Positions 28,911-38,519 of a DNA stretch of 64,000 nt are shown here, piece by piece. Made by a program: the position numbers and the translations under genes. The notes below the pieces were generated by a model that was given only the letters and a program-made list of their open reading frames with translations, was not told the origin of the DNA and did not search any database. The stretch is from Nitrospirota bacterium (GTDB lineage Bacteria; Nitrospirota; Thermodesulfovibrionia; Thermodesulfovibrionales; Dissulfurispiraceae): assembly GCA_963790025.1 (NCBI GenBank), contig CAWBMP010000004.1, forward strand, positions 576,001 to 640,000, in the 5' to 3' direction. Numbering within the stretch: position 1 is the stretch's first letter; every line of letters starts with the position of its first letter.

Positions 28911-30475
28911 GGAACTATTTTTGTATCGAGCCTATTTGTGAATCTCACTTCTGCCATGGTTGCCTTCATCAGCATGTTGAACTCAGGCGCGTACAGATAA
29001 TCCGTGAGCCTGACATCGGAGGCCCCTGAGAAAAACAATCTTTTTCCGCCTGCAAATACCGTATCTTCCTTTTTTTTGTCAACGACGATATCCGGGTGAA
29101 AGTGAAAAAAAGCGGAGCATTCCTGTGCTTTGGAGGAAATTATCTCATCTGATATATCGATTGCTCCTTCCGTGAATTCAAAGGTCCGCCTGTGGACAGC
29201 TCCGATACGGGTGTATCCCGTATGGGCCGCAGTTATTCCGGGTCCCTCTTCCGTAAGGTCTGTCACATATGCCCTTCTCGCAACGCGAAAACTTCCCCAG
29301 ACCTCACTCTGCTCCAGTCCATCGATTCTTACCGTATTGTGGGCAGCGGTACTTCTCTGGGCCAGGCGAAGTTCGCCTGCTTCATAAGTTGAAGTACCGG
29401 TGTCAGTGATAAAAGGTTTTCCATCTATGTAAAGCACAAAGTTGAAGGTGTCGCTATGGGCATGACCAGGGATATAATCGGGTCCGATATTGCCGACATC
29501 TACAATAATCTCATACCGTTGCTTTTCAATCTTTCTATATCCGCTTTCTTTAAGGGAGCCTTTCCGCGCCGCTATGCCCAGCCGTGTTCCATAACCAAAA
29601 AGCTCTGCAGCAGACGGTGCGATGCCATTGGCAGCGTCGTTGACAAGCGGCATGTCGCCGTTGCTGAAGGTCATCCGGCTTAACCATCCGAGCATTATTG
29701 AAGATTTTTGAGTCAAGAGGTCCAGAAGTTCATTCTGGAATTGATTGTTATGTTTCACAAGGTTGATACTGTCGAGCATCCGCTCCAAAAGGATCTGATG
29801 GTACATCGGGGTCAATTCAAAATGCCCCCCGTCAGGGAGAATCTGTTCTCCCAATTCCTTCTTAAGGATCTCTTTGGCTTTTTCATAAAATCCGGCATCT
29901 TCAAAATAATATCCGGCGAATAAGAGAGCAAAAGCGTTTTCGAGAAGATGGTTGCCGAGGAGGTGGTACTCAAGGTTCTTCGAGAGCATGTGGACCTGTG
30001 CGTAAAGGCTGTTATTGATCTTCTTGACCGTAATATTGTGGCGGGAAAAAAACTTTATCCAGTTTATGGTCCGCAAAGAGGTTGGATAGGGTTCCAACCC
30101 TGTCTTTGCCTTTTGCAGCCCTGCAACAAAGTTATATATAAGTGCAAGCCCTTCTTCAGCGCTCAGTCCCTCCTGATTGAGATAATTGAAATAATTGAGA
30201 TTGTAGCACCAGAGCTTTCCATGTCCTCCAAAATCCCATTCGGGGGGCCCCTCAAAGACCTTCGGGAGATTGAGGAAACTGAATTGTTTCCCCTGAATAA
30301 TCTGCTTATGAAATATCGAAGGCCGCAGTTGAAGCGTCGAAGCTTGCTTTTGAAAATTTAATGGCAGACAACGGTTCAGGGAAAACTGCTTCTTGAAGAA
30401 GTTGAGTATCCTGAAATATATTTGTTGCCGGCGGAGGTACTTGAGCGTATGAAAGTAAAAGAGAACTCTTTTCAT
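28907..30475 (-). CDS. Heparinase II/III-family (alginate-lyase-like) protein
   Basis: EPYPTSLR, LEYHLLGNHLLEN, EQILPDGGHFE, GHAHSD, RSTAAHNTV. Confidence 0.9.
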   Translation of the reverse strand: MKRVLFYFHTLKYLRRQQIYFRILNFFKKQFSLNRCLPLNFQKQASTLQLRPSIFHKQIIQGKQFSFLNLPKVFEGPPEWDFGGHGKLWCYNLNYFNYLNQEGLSAEEGLALIYNFVAGLQKAKTGLEPYPTSLRTINWIKFFSRHNITVKKINNSLYAQVHMLSKNLEYHLLGNHLLENAFALLFAGYYFEDAGFYEKAKEILKKELGEQILPDGGHFELTPMYHQILLERMLDSINLVKHNNQFQNELLDLLTQKSSIMLGWLSRMTFSNGDMPLVNDAANGIAPSAAELFGYGTRLGIAARKGSLKESGYRKIEKQRYEIIVDVGNIGPDYIPGHAHSDTFNFVLYIDGKPFITDTGTSTYEAGELRLAQRSTAAHNTVRIDGLEQSEVWGSFRVARRAYVTDLTEEGPGITAAHTGYTRIGAVHRRTFEFTEGAIDISDEIISSKAQECSAFFHFHPDIVVDKKKEDTVFAGGKRLFFSGASDVRLTDYLYAPEFNMLMKATMAEVRFTNRLDTKIVP

Positions 30476-30479
30476 GCAG

Positions 30480-32645
30480 TCATTGCTGCAATGGAATAAC
30501 TCTTTTTGCCCTCACGGATTCCGCTATTTGGAAGGTCGCGTTCGTCGTTGCAAAGAGTGATCCGGGTGAAATTGCAGGTATTCCTGTTTTGATTGCATTT
30601 CCAAACGCCCGGAATTCGTTTTCAAAACCTTTGTCCTGGTTTCTATAATTTATTCGCCTTTTCTTGCTGCCCTTATAAATGACCAGTTCCCTGAAGTCAT
30701 TCATCTGCAAGGCAAGATCAGGGCCGAAGAGTTCGATTTGTTCTTTCGGCATTTGCCTGTTGCCGTATGCGCAATATACAATCGTAGCTGTAGAACCATC
30801 AGGATAATTCAGCACGATGCTGACATTGTCTTCATCAGGGATTGAGGCGTTGTCCTTTCTCACGCATGAAGCAAAGACATTCAGGGGATCGCAGCCTGTG
30901 AGAAAGGAACAGGTATCGATAAAATGGCAGACTTCTCCAATAATTCGTCCTCCTCCGATTTCTTTGTCCTGTATCCAGCTATCTTTTGGAACAACTCCGG
31001 CATTTATCCTGTACAGAATCGATAGGGGACCATTCCCCACAACCTCTTTCATCTCCTGGACCAAAGGCGAGAACCTGCGGTTGAAGCCTACCATCAGTAT
31101 CGGCAGCGATGAGCCATGTGCAATGAGTGATGCGTAAACAGCCTTAATTTCATCCAACTCCGCTTCCGTGATGCATAGCGGTTTTTCGACAAAGATATGC
31201 TTGCCCGCTTTCAGGGCCTTAATCACATATCCGGCATGTGTATTGTGGCGTGTTGCCACGAGGACTGTATTGACCGATGTATTACCGAATAACTCATCAC
31301 TTTCTGTTGTTATATATTTAAACCCGTATTTTGTACCGGTTGCATGGCTGCTGATGCCTGTAGCCGTGCATAGGCCGACCAGCTCAAAGTCGGACCTTTT
31401 CCTGATTGTAGGCAGGATTACGGACTTGGTAAAGTTGCCTGCGCCTATGAGCCCAATCCCTATTCTGTCCGTTCCTCTTGTCCCGGTAGAAATCTGTATG
31501 GACTTCCGCACTTCCGGGCCCTTGCTATCTTTATATGTCAGGACAATGCCGAGATATTTCTCCCTGATCTTGCCTTCAAGCAGATTATAGGCCTTGGGGG
31601 CGTCATCAAAATCAAAAGTATGTGTAATAAGCTTCTTCGGGGTGACCTTGCCATCCGCAACAAGCTCGATGAAGGCCCCGAAGTTCCTCTGCTCTGTCCA
31701 GCGCACATAAGGGAAAGGGTAATCCTGACCCTGCTCTTCATAAAGAGGGTCGTACCTGCCCGGCCCGTAAGCCATCGAGAGCCTGATATCCAGCTCCTTT
31801 TTATAATAAATATTCCTTGGTATATCCATTCCTACCATCCCGACAACAACGACTTTGCCCTTCATTTTCGTGATCTCGCCCGCATCGATAATCGGCTGAC
31901 TGCCTGAAGCAGATGCGGTTATGATCACACTGTCCACACCATGACCGTTGCTGAAATCAGAAGCTGAAGAAATGATTTTCTCGGCAGGGCAGACCATATC
32001 CGCCCCCAGTTCCCCGGCAAGCCTGAGCTTATCCTCGTCTATGTCTATGCCCAGCACTTTGCACCCATTGGCCTTAAGTATCTGGACGGTAAGCTGCCCT
32101 ATCAGGCCGAGGCCCAAAACAGCTATCCTCTCACCCAGAGAGGGTGCGGCCTGCCTCACTCCCTGGAGTGCTATAGCCCCGACAGTTACGAAAGACGCCT
32201 CCGTGTGGTCAAGGTTGTCCGGTATCTTCACAAACAGGTTTGCCGGAATAAAGTTAATCTCACTGTGGCTTGCATAGCCTGCGCCGCCGCATGCCACCCT
32301 GTCACCGACGGAAACACCAGACATATGCGCACCGACCTCTATGATTTTACCGGAGCAGCTGTAACCTAAAGGAATGGGCGTGTCGAGCTTGTTAAACACC
32401 TTTTCAAGGGTGTTCGTGACGCCTTCCTGCTTCATTTTACTGATGACCTGCTTTACCAGATCAGGGCGCGCCTTTGCCTTGCCGAGCAGTGACTTCTTCG
32501 CGATATCGACAATCATTTTCTCCGTCCCTGCGGAGACAAGCGATGCGGCAGTAGAAATAAGAATTCCATCCTTGCCGCAGATAGGCGGGGGAACGTCAAA
32601 AAGACCAAGTTCGCCGGTTTTATACGATTGAATAAGTTGTTTCAT
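30480..32645 (-). CDS. Bi-domain oxidoreductase (Zn-ADH-like plus Gfo/Idh/MocA)
   Basis: SLVSAGTE, GLGLIGQ, YGPGRYDP, IGAGNF, HIFVEKPL, MVGFNRRFSP, GEVCHFID. Confidence 0.9.
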   Translation of the reverse strand: MKQLIQSYKTGELGLFDVPPPICGKDGILISTAASLVSAGTEKMIVDIAKKSLLGKAKARPDLVKQVISKMKQEGVTNTLEKVFNKLDTPIPLGYSCSGKIIEVGAHMSGVSVGDRVACGGAGYASHSEINFIPANLFVKIPDNLDHTEASFVTVGAIALQGVRQAAPSLGERIAVLGLGLIGQLTVQILKANGCKVLGIDIDEDKLRLAGELGADMVCPAEKIISSASDFSNGHGVDSVIITASASGSQPIIDAGEITKMKGKVVVVGMVGMDIPRNIYYKKELDIRLSMAYGPGRYDPLYEEQGQDYPFPYVRWTEQRNFGAFIELVADGKVTPKKLITHTFDFDDAPKAYNLLEGKIREKYLGIVLTYKDSKGPEVRKSIQISTGTRGTDRIGIGLIGAGNFTKSVILPTIRKRSDFELVGLCTATGISSHATGTKYGFKYITTESDELFGNTSVNTVLVATRHNTHAGYVIKALKAGKHIFVEKPLCITEAELDEIKAVYASLIAHGSSLPILMVGFNRRFSPLVQEMKEVVGNGPLSILYRINAGVVPKDSWIQDKEIGGGRIIGEVCHFIDTCSFLTGCDPLNVFASCVRKDNASIPDEDNVSIVLNYPDGSTATIVYCAYGNRQMPKEQIELFGPDLALQMNDFRELVIYKGSKKRRINYRNQDKGFENEFRAFGNAIKTGIPAISPGSLFATTNATFQIAESVRAKRVIPLQQ

Positions 32646-32654
32646 ATGCAGCGC

Positions 32655-33461
32655 CTATTTAGTTGCCGTAATAAGCATGAATAAGCCGTGGCCCTTGAAA
32701 AAAGTCCTGATAATCCATCTCGGCCAAACAAGTCTCGCTACTGAGAGAACAACCCCTTTATGCCGTTGACCGGCGTCTGAAGTCAAAAGATCGCCATGAG
32801 TCAAAACCGTTGTTATCTTCACGTCTTCAAATTTGCTGAAAAGTTCTTGCGCTTCTTTTACCGAATAAGCCTTTGTTCCCGGGCTTTCAAGATATTTACT
32901 GTAAATGCTGTTCAAAGTGGCCTTCAGGTCCAGTCTTACAAGAGCATATCTTATCCAAAGCATGTATCCGACGAAACTGTACTTGTGGTAAATCATTATC
33001 TTTGCTTCCCCTCCGGGTTTTAAAACGCGAAACACTTCATCCAGAGACTTTCTTGTGTTTGGCGTGTGATGTAAAACGCCCCAGGAAAAGACAAGATCGA
33101 AAGTCCCGTCCTCAAAGGGCAGTTCTTCAGCATCTCCAACCTGCAGTGACGATGATAAACCAAAAGTTTCCAAACGCTTCACGGTATGATTTATGGCCCG
33201 CTCAGTCAGATCAATTCCATAAAGCATTGCATCGGCTTCAGCAAATTGCTGATGGTCTGCACCTAACCCAACTCCTATTTCCAAAACCTTTTTATTCCTG
33301 TACCGTGGAAATTCAGCGAAATCCATGATAAACGGTTCAAGTTTATAGCGCATTTCAGATTGCCTGAGGTAGTCCTCTCTGTTATGCCCCTTCAAATATA
33401 GGGCTTCACCGCAAGAAGCGTCCTCCCAATAATCATGTACGGCCTGCTTGTTGGTATCCAT
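32655..33461 (-). CDS. Class I SAM-dependent methyltransferase
   Basis: VLEIGVGLGAD, GDAEELPFEDGTFDLVFSWGVLHH, VLKPGG. Start placed at the ATG at 33461, coupled to the asnB stop. Confidence 0.9.
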   Translation of the reverse strand: MDTNKQAVHDYWEDASCGEALYLKGHNREDYLRQSEMRYKLEPFIMDFAEFPRYRNKKVLEIGVGLGADHQQFAEADAMLYGIDLTERAINHTVKRLETFGLSSSLQVGDAEELPFEDGTFDLVFSWGVLHHTPNTRKSLDEVFRVLKPGGEAKIMIYHKYSFVGYMLWIRYALVRLDLKATLNSIYSKYLESPGTKAYSVKEAQELFSKFEDVKITTVLTHGDLLTSDAGQRHKGVVLSVARLVWPRWIIRTFFKGHGLFMLITATK

Positions 33462-35380
33462 CAATAACTCCTTAACTGTCTGTCCAAAAATAATCTGCAC
33501 CACAATTCAATACAAACCAGGGAAAAAATTGTATAACTTCCGTCTAATCTGCCGCTCTCATCCGACCTGACAAGTCGACTCACACCCTCGGGATCGAACA
33601 GGCCCCTCTTCTTTAAGGATGCAGACGAAAGTGCATCATCGATTACCGGGCGAAGTTCATGTTTTATCCACCTGCGCAATGGCGCGCCAAAACCGGTTTT
33701 CGGACGATAAATGACGCTGCCGGGAAGAAATGGTTCCATGGCCTTCTTAAAAATCCACTTACCGACTCTGCCTCTTTGTTTAAATCTGACGGGCAAACGT
33801 GCAGCAAGGGCCATCAAGTCAGGGTCGAGTAGAGGCACTCTGACCTCCACGCCGTTAGCCATGCTCATTTTATCGGTATAGTTAAGGTTATGATCGGCAA
33901 GAAAGTGTTTTCCTTCAAGATAAAGCATACGGTTGATTGGCGCCACATTACGGTCGAGATTCGCCAGCGATTCGAGCAGCGGAACAGATGCAGAGACGGA
34001 ACCAGCCGATTGCCTCATCTCCGGTCCGTACAAATCCAACATGGCTTCAGGCTTGGTCCAGAAAAAATAACTTATGAGACGCTCGTCGCCATCCAGGTTG
34101 GCATACTGAAAGGCCTTTGAAATTCTGCGCAGCGATGGGTTAGATGCGGGGACATTCGCTGCTATGGAACTCAGACAACAACGTGCATTCTTAGGCATCC
34201 ACGTCCAAAATTTCTCTTGCATCAAAGCATAATGGCGGCGGTACCCGGTAAAGATATCATCTCCACCAGCGCCCGAGAGGAGGACTTTGATGCCATGCTC
34301 ACGGGCCAACTTGCTTATCAACAGCGCATTTATAGGCGCCGGATCTGCCTGGGGTTCATCAAGATGATAGATCATTTTCTCCAGACACATTGCCATGTCT
34401 GTAGAATCAACATAGATTGTATTGAGTTCAACTCCTAGGTGTTCAGCCACCGCCTTTGCGTAAGGCAAATCATCAATCATTCCTTCTTCACGCGATGCTT
34501 TATCTTTAAATCCTATAGTAAAGCACTGCAGCTTCCGGCCATCCGTTATCTCGCGTGCAAATGCCACTACTGCGCTTGAATCAAGACCTCCCGACAGGAA
34601 AGCTCCGACCGGAACATCCGCTACCATCTGTCTTCTGACTGCCTGCCGTATATGGTCTCTTACACAAGTCTTTGCATCCTCCACCGATATATTTTCAATA
34701 GCCTGATCATACGGCAGGTCATAAAATTGCCAATGCCTTTGAATCCTCCCCTTTTTGACAACCACCCCGCCACCCGGTTTCAACTTTTTGACGGACTTCA
34801 GCATTGTATGTGGAGCAGGGGCCCAAAGATACGTTAAATAGTAGTGGACAGCCTGGGTATTTATGGTCCTGTCAACACTGGGTTCCTGCAGAAGGGCCTT
34901 TAATTCACTGGCAAAGAGAAAACCTTTTGGGGTCTCGGCATAGTAAAGCGGCTTTACTCCGACACCGTCCCTTGCGATAAAGAGAGATTCGGTGCGTGTG
35001 TCCCATAAAGCAAAAGAAAATATTCCGTTAAGCAGCCTAAGCATGTCGGTCCCGTCACGAAGATAGAGATTAAGCAGGATTTCCGTATCGGAATGACTTT
35101 TAAAAACAAAACCTTCTTTAAGCAACTCTTCACGCAATTCGCGATAATTGTAAATCTCACCATTAAAAACAATAACAACTTTTTTTGTGCCATCCCACAT
35201 CGGCTGGTGACCGAGAGGAGAGAGATCTATGATGGAAAGCCTTCGATGAGCAAGTCCTATCCCCTTATTGCCGACCCAGTAGATGCCGGAGTCATCAGGG
35301 CCCCGGTGAGCAATCAATGATCCCATTCTCTCTAAAAGAGACTGGTCAAAATTTCCCGAAAATCCGGCTATTCCACACAT
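33461..35380 (-). CDS. asnB: AsnB-family glutamine amidotransferase (probably amidates a sugar carboxyl)
   Basis: MCGIAG, HRGPDD, HRRLSIIDL, FNGEIYN, LSGGLDSS, EVRVPLLD. Confidence 0.92.
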   Translation of the reverse strand: MCGIAGFSGNFDQSLLERMGSLIAHRGPDDSGIYWVGNKGIGLAHRRLSIIDLSPLGHQPMWDGTKKVVIVFNGEIYNYRELREELLKEGFVFKSHSDTEILLNLYLRDGTDMLRLLNGIFSFALWDTRTESLFIARDGVGVKPLYYAETPKGFLFASELKALLQEPSVDRTINTQAVHYYLTYLWAPAPHTMLKSVKKLKPGGGVVVKKGRIQRHWQFYDLPYDQAIENISVEDAKTCVRDHIRQAVRRQMVADVPVGAFLSGGLDSSAVVAFAREITDGRKLQCFTIGFKDKASREEGMIDDLPYAKAVAEHLGVELNTIYVDSTDMAMCLEKMIYHLDEPQADPAPINALLISKLAREHGIKVLLSGAGGDDIFTGYRRHYALMQEKFWTWMPKNARCCLSSIAANVPASNPSLRRISKAFQYANLDGDERLISYFFWTKPEAMLDLYGPEMRQSAGSVSASVPLLESLANLDRNVAPINRMLYLEGKHFLADHNLNYTDKMSMANGVEVRVPLLDPDLMALAARLPVRFKQRGRVGKWIFKKAMEPFLPGSVIYRPKTGFGAPLRRWIKHELRPVIDDALSSASLKKRGLFDPEGVSRLVRSDESGRLDGSYTIFSLVCIELWCRLFLDRQLRSY

Positions 35381-35420
35381 GGCGTCAGATTAATATGGTA
35401 ACAGGCAATGCATGTATTTG

Positions 35421-36266
35421 TTATCCCTTCGTATGCTCATCCCTTCTCATTTCAAGATACTTCATGTCTATGAGCAGCTGCAGCCAAAGTGCCTGGAGGA
35501 AGTGGTAAATAAAAGCCTCTCTCCCGTCTAAAAAACCGCCTTGCAGCACATAGCGATACAGGAAATAAAAAAATGGCCTGATCAGCGGAGGCATACGGTT
35601 CCAAAACTTATGCCTAAGCCAGCGTTTGCGTTGCGCCTGGGTGCCAAACAGCCGGGCATCGACTTCCTGATATCCCAGACCGTGTTTATTGATAAGCTCC
35701 AATGCTTCCAAAGTTGCATAGCTGTTATGCCTGGAGATCCAGGCGGTGAGGCCCTTCCTGTCCTCGTGTATGAAATCATTTTTCAGATGACCGACCGTGC
35801 CCTCAACGAGAAAATGCTCGTTTACCGGGCGGTCTTCACACCGTGCCTTGCCATATCTGAATAACCGGAGTATCCAGGTAGGGTAATACCCCTTCCTGAT
35901 CCAGCGTCCCATCCAGATCAATCTCCTTTTTATGTAAAAGCCGTTCTCCTGCGGGTCAGATTTTATGACTTCGCTGATTTCGCGTTTCAGCTCATCCGTC
36001 ACCCACTCATCGGCATCCAGGAAAAAAACCCACTCGCTTTTGATGGGCAGGTGACACAGGGCGTAATTGCGTTGCTTCGCGTAGCTTTCAAATTTATTCA
36101 CCGCAATATGAGCGCCGTACTTGCGGGCAATCTCCAGTGTGCGGTCAGTGCTCAAGGAATCGAGGATAAAGATTTCGTCAGCCCAACCTGCTATCGATGC
36201 AAGTGCCTGCTCCAGATTTAGCTCTTCGTTAAACGTCAGGATGACGACAGCCACCGATCCGCTCAT
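35421..36266 (-). CDS. Family 2 glycosyltransferase
   Basis: ILTFNEE, DSLSTDRT, FLDADE, VNEH, DGREAFIYHFLQ. Confidence 0.9.
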   Translation of the reverse strand: MSGSVAVVILTFNEELNLEQALASIAGWADEIFILDSLSTDRTLEIARKYGAHIAVNKFESYAKQRNYALCHLPIKSEWVFFLDADEWVTDELKREISEVIKSDPQENGFYIKRRLIWMGRWIRKGYYPTWILRLFRYGKARCEDRPVNEHFLVEGTVGHLKNDFIHEDRKGLTAWISRHNSYATLEALELINKHGLGYQEVDARLFGTQAQRKRWLRHKFWNRMPPLIRPFFYFLYRYVLQGGFLDGREAFIYHFLQALWLQLLIDMKYLEMRRDEHTKG

Positions 36267-37756
36267 GTCCGCTCCTCGTCACTAATCGCATCACAGTAAT
36301 GCTCACACATAGCGAGCAACGTCAAAACAGGATTCGCAATTCCAGGTCTTTTAAAAACAGCAGTGCTGATGATGGCCATATTCCCTGTCCCCCAAAACCG
36401 GAAATTATGGTCGACAACTCCTTCTCCCGGAGCACTTGCTACCTCCAGACCTCCGCCCAGATGGTAGGCATCAACCGCATGTGCTTTCAGAAATGCGCTC
36501 AACCGGTCCGAAGGGGCAGGCTCTGCCATAACATACGTTTGAGGGCCGAACTCGGCAAGTAACCGCTCGATTAATCGGCTGCTGCTTTCGAGCAATCCGC
36601 CGAATGAGTTCACATCTTGATCCCTGACGTCCCAGTCAAAAAAGACCTTTCCGTCACTGCTGCGTAGTTGATTGCGTTCGGACGGAAACGATTCAAAGTC
36701 TAAAGTGACCGTAATCTGCATATCGTCCGGAACGAACAGTTCCTGTTTAACTACTCGATAATACGCCAGCCTGAGGAAGTCAATCCCATGCACTGCCATA
36801 CGGGCAATATGCCGCATATTTGCGCCGGCCCGTTGCCCCTGCTGTCTGGCATAAAGTATATTTTTTATCGTCGCATAGGGTTCCACAGAGTCATAGGCGG
36901 CTTGAAAATGAACAAACCCCTGTGTCCCCATGGAATCGTCAGAGCGTATTTCTATGCGGCGCCCTATCAGCAAGCCGCCTTGAAATCTCGGGGGGAAGAA
37001 TGCGTCGAACGGAGTATGCCTTTTCCAGGCGAGCCGAGCTATCGGGACTGACCAATGATCGTGAAGAAAACGTCCGACACGCTCATGGCACGCTACCCTC
37101 TGTAACAGGTGTCTCATTACAAAAAGGTTGCTGTCGACGGCTCCCATCGTGACCACGAATTTCCTGGCTGCCAAAACCACCTGTGAGCCATCCGCCAGAA
37201 GGACGGTAATCGACCTGACGTTCTCATTATCAAAATCGACAGAACAGACCTCTGCTTCGCAGAACAGCCTTAACCCGGTGTGCTTTTTAGTTATTGCGGA
37301 AATATCGCGCCACAAACCTCTCCTGCTTCCTGGAAGAACGGCCAGCTCAGAAGTCACGCCGTGCACAAAATTGCCTTCACCCTCTGCAGCCCTGCGAAAA
37401 GAGTGAATATTCAATCTGCGCTCAGCCGCTTCATAATATTTGTCGTATCTAAAAACGTTCTCGTCGTCCGGAGCCAAACCGAAAATACCGCGAATGCTCT
37501 CATAATTATTTCTGATCAGTCCCCCGCCCCAATATGCGGAATTTCCGGTCAATACATGGTTGCGGGCCTTTATTGCCCCGACGTTCGCACGCTCAGAGAA
37601 AAAAAGCGCAGGAACAGCCTCTTTTTGTTTTTTATGCTGGGCAGGGCCTATTTCAACTAATGCAACAGAACGGCCTGATTCCAACAATTTACGGGCAAGC
37701 CATATACCTACGATCCCAGCGCCAAGGATGACGTGATCAAATTCCGGCCTGTTCAC
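36263..37756 (-). CDS. GMC-type FAD-dependent oxidoreductase
   Basis: ILGAGIVG, GNSAYWGG, VGRFLHDH, AYHLGG, GVVD, ANPVLTL. Confidence 0.8.
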   Translation of the reverse strand: MNRPEFDHVILGAGIVGIWLARKLLESGRSVALVEIGPAQHKKQKEAVPALFFSERANVGAIKARNHVLTGNSAYWGGGLIRNNYESIRGIFGLAPDDENVFRYDKYYEAAERRLNIHSFRRAAEGEGNFVHGVTSELAVLPGSRRGLWRDISAITKKHTGLRLFCEAEVCSVDFDNENVRSITVLLADGSQVVLAARKFVVTMGAVDSNLFVMRHLLQRVACHERVGRFLHDHWSVPIARLAWKRHTPFDAFFPPRFQGGLLIGRRIEIRSDDSMGTQGFVHFQAAYDSVEPYATIKNILYARQQGQRAGANMRHIARMAVHGIDFLRLAYYRVVKQELFVPDDMQITVTLDFESFPSERNQLRSSDGKVFFDWDVRDQDVNSFGGLLESSSRLIERLLAEFGPQTYVMAEPAPSDRLSAFLKAHAVDAYHLGGGLEVASAPGEGVVDHNFRFWGTGNMAIISTAVFKRPGIANPVLTLLAMCEHYCDAISDEERT

Positions 37757-38519
37757 AAAAAAGATCCCTAAATGTCGTTACTGTATTGATACTTTTGGTT
37801 GAGACAATAACTCTCGCGTTCTGGTGCCGGTCAAGAGTTTCCTTTACAAATAATGCAAATTCACCAGGATAAGAAAGATGGCGATATGCAGCATACGTTT
37901 CGTACAGGACCACCTTGCCGCTCTGTTTCAATTGCGTATTGTTTATCCAGTCCATGAATCGTGTCTGGATAACGTCGAACGAAGCGATCGAGGGGAAATT
38001 ACAAATGGCCCTCAGGGGACCGGCAATCCCCAGCGCCCTGATTTTCCCTTTCGCTTTCATGACATTGCCAAAAGCGACGATGTCTTCCATAAGGACTTGT
38101 GTGCATGGTAGAACAGGCTCATGAATAAAAAAATTGTCGATATAGTCAGTAGACAGGCGGTGAAGAGATTGATCAAGGCTTCTTTCAAATTCTTTTATCG
38201 AAAAGTCCCTGACCCGATACGCGCGCGCAGACCGCCCTGCCAGCTTGTCGAAGAGACGCGCTACCGGAAACAAATAACGTGCAGTCGGTCCGTACATAGG
38301 AACGGAAATGCCATACTTGGTATTTATGTCGCAGAGATGTCTTTTCCCGCGGAGCGCAATCCCTATTTCTACTTCATTGACCCCATTGCCATAAGCAGGC
38401 GCTGCATCAAATGCCCTGAACCCGACATCTAATACAGCAGAAAGAAGCCTCTGCCGCTCACCCGAGGTGAATAAACGGTGCAGACTTCCGACGCCAAAGA
38501 TAATACGATTGCTCCCCAT
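37737..38519 (-). CDS. Aldo/keto reductase family protein
   Basis: FDAAPAYGNG, NTKYG, SLHRLSTDYIDNFFIHEP, GKIRALG. Confidence 0.85.
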   Translation of the reverse strand: MGSNRIIFGVGSLHRLFTSGERQRLLSAVLDVGFRAFDAAPAYGNGVNEVEIGIALRGKRHLCDINTKYGISVPMYGPTARYLFPVARLFDKLAGRSARAYRVRDFSIKEFERSLDQSLHRLSTDYIDNFFIHEPVLPCTQVLMEDIVAFGNVMKAKGKIRALGIAGPLRAICNFPSIASFDVIQTRFMDWINNTQLKQSGKVVLYETYAAYRHLSYPGEFALFVKETLDRHQNARVIVSTKSINTVTTFRDLFCEQAGI

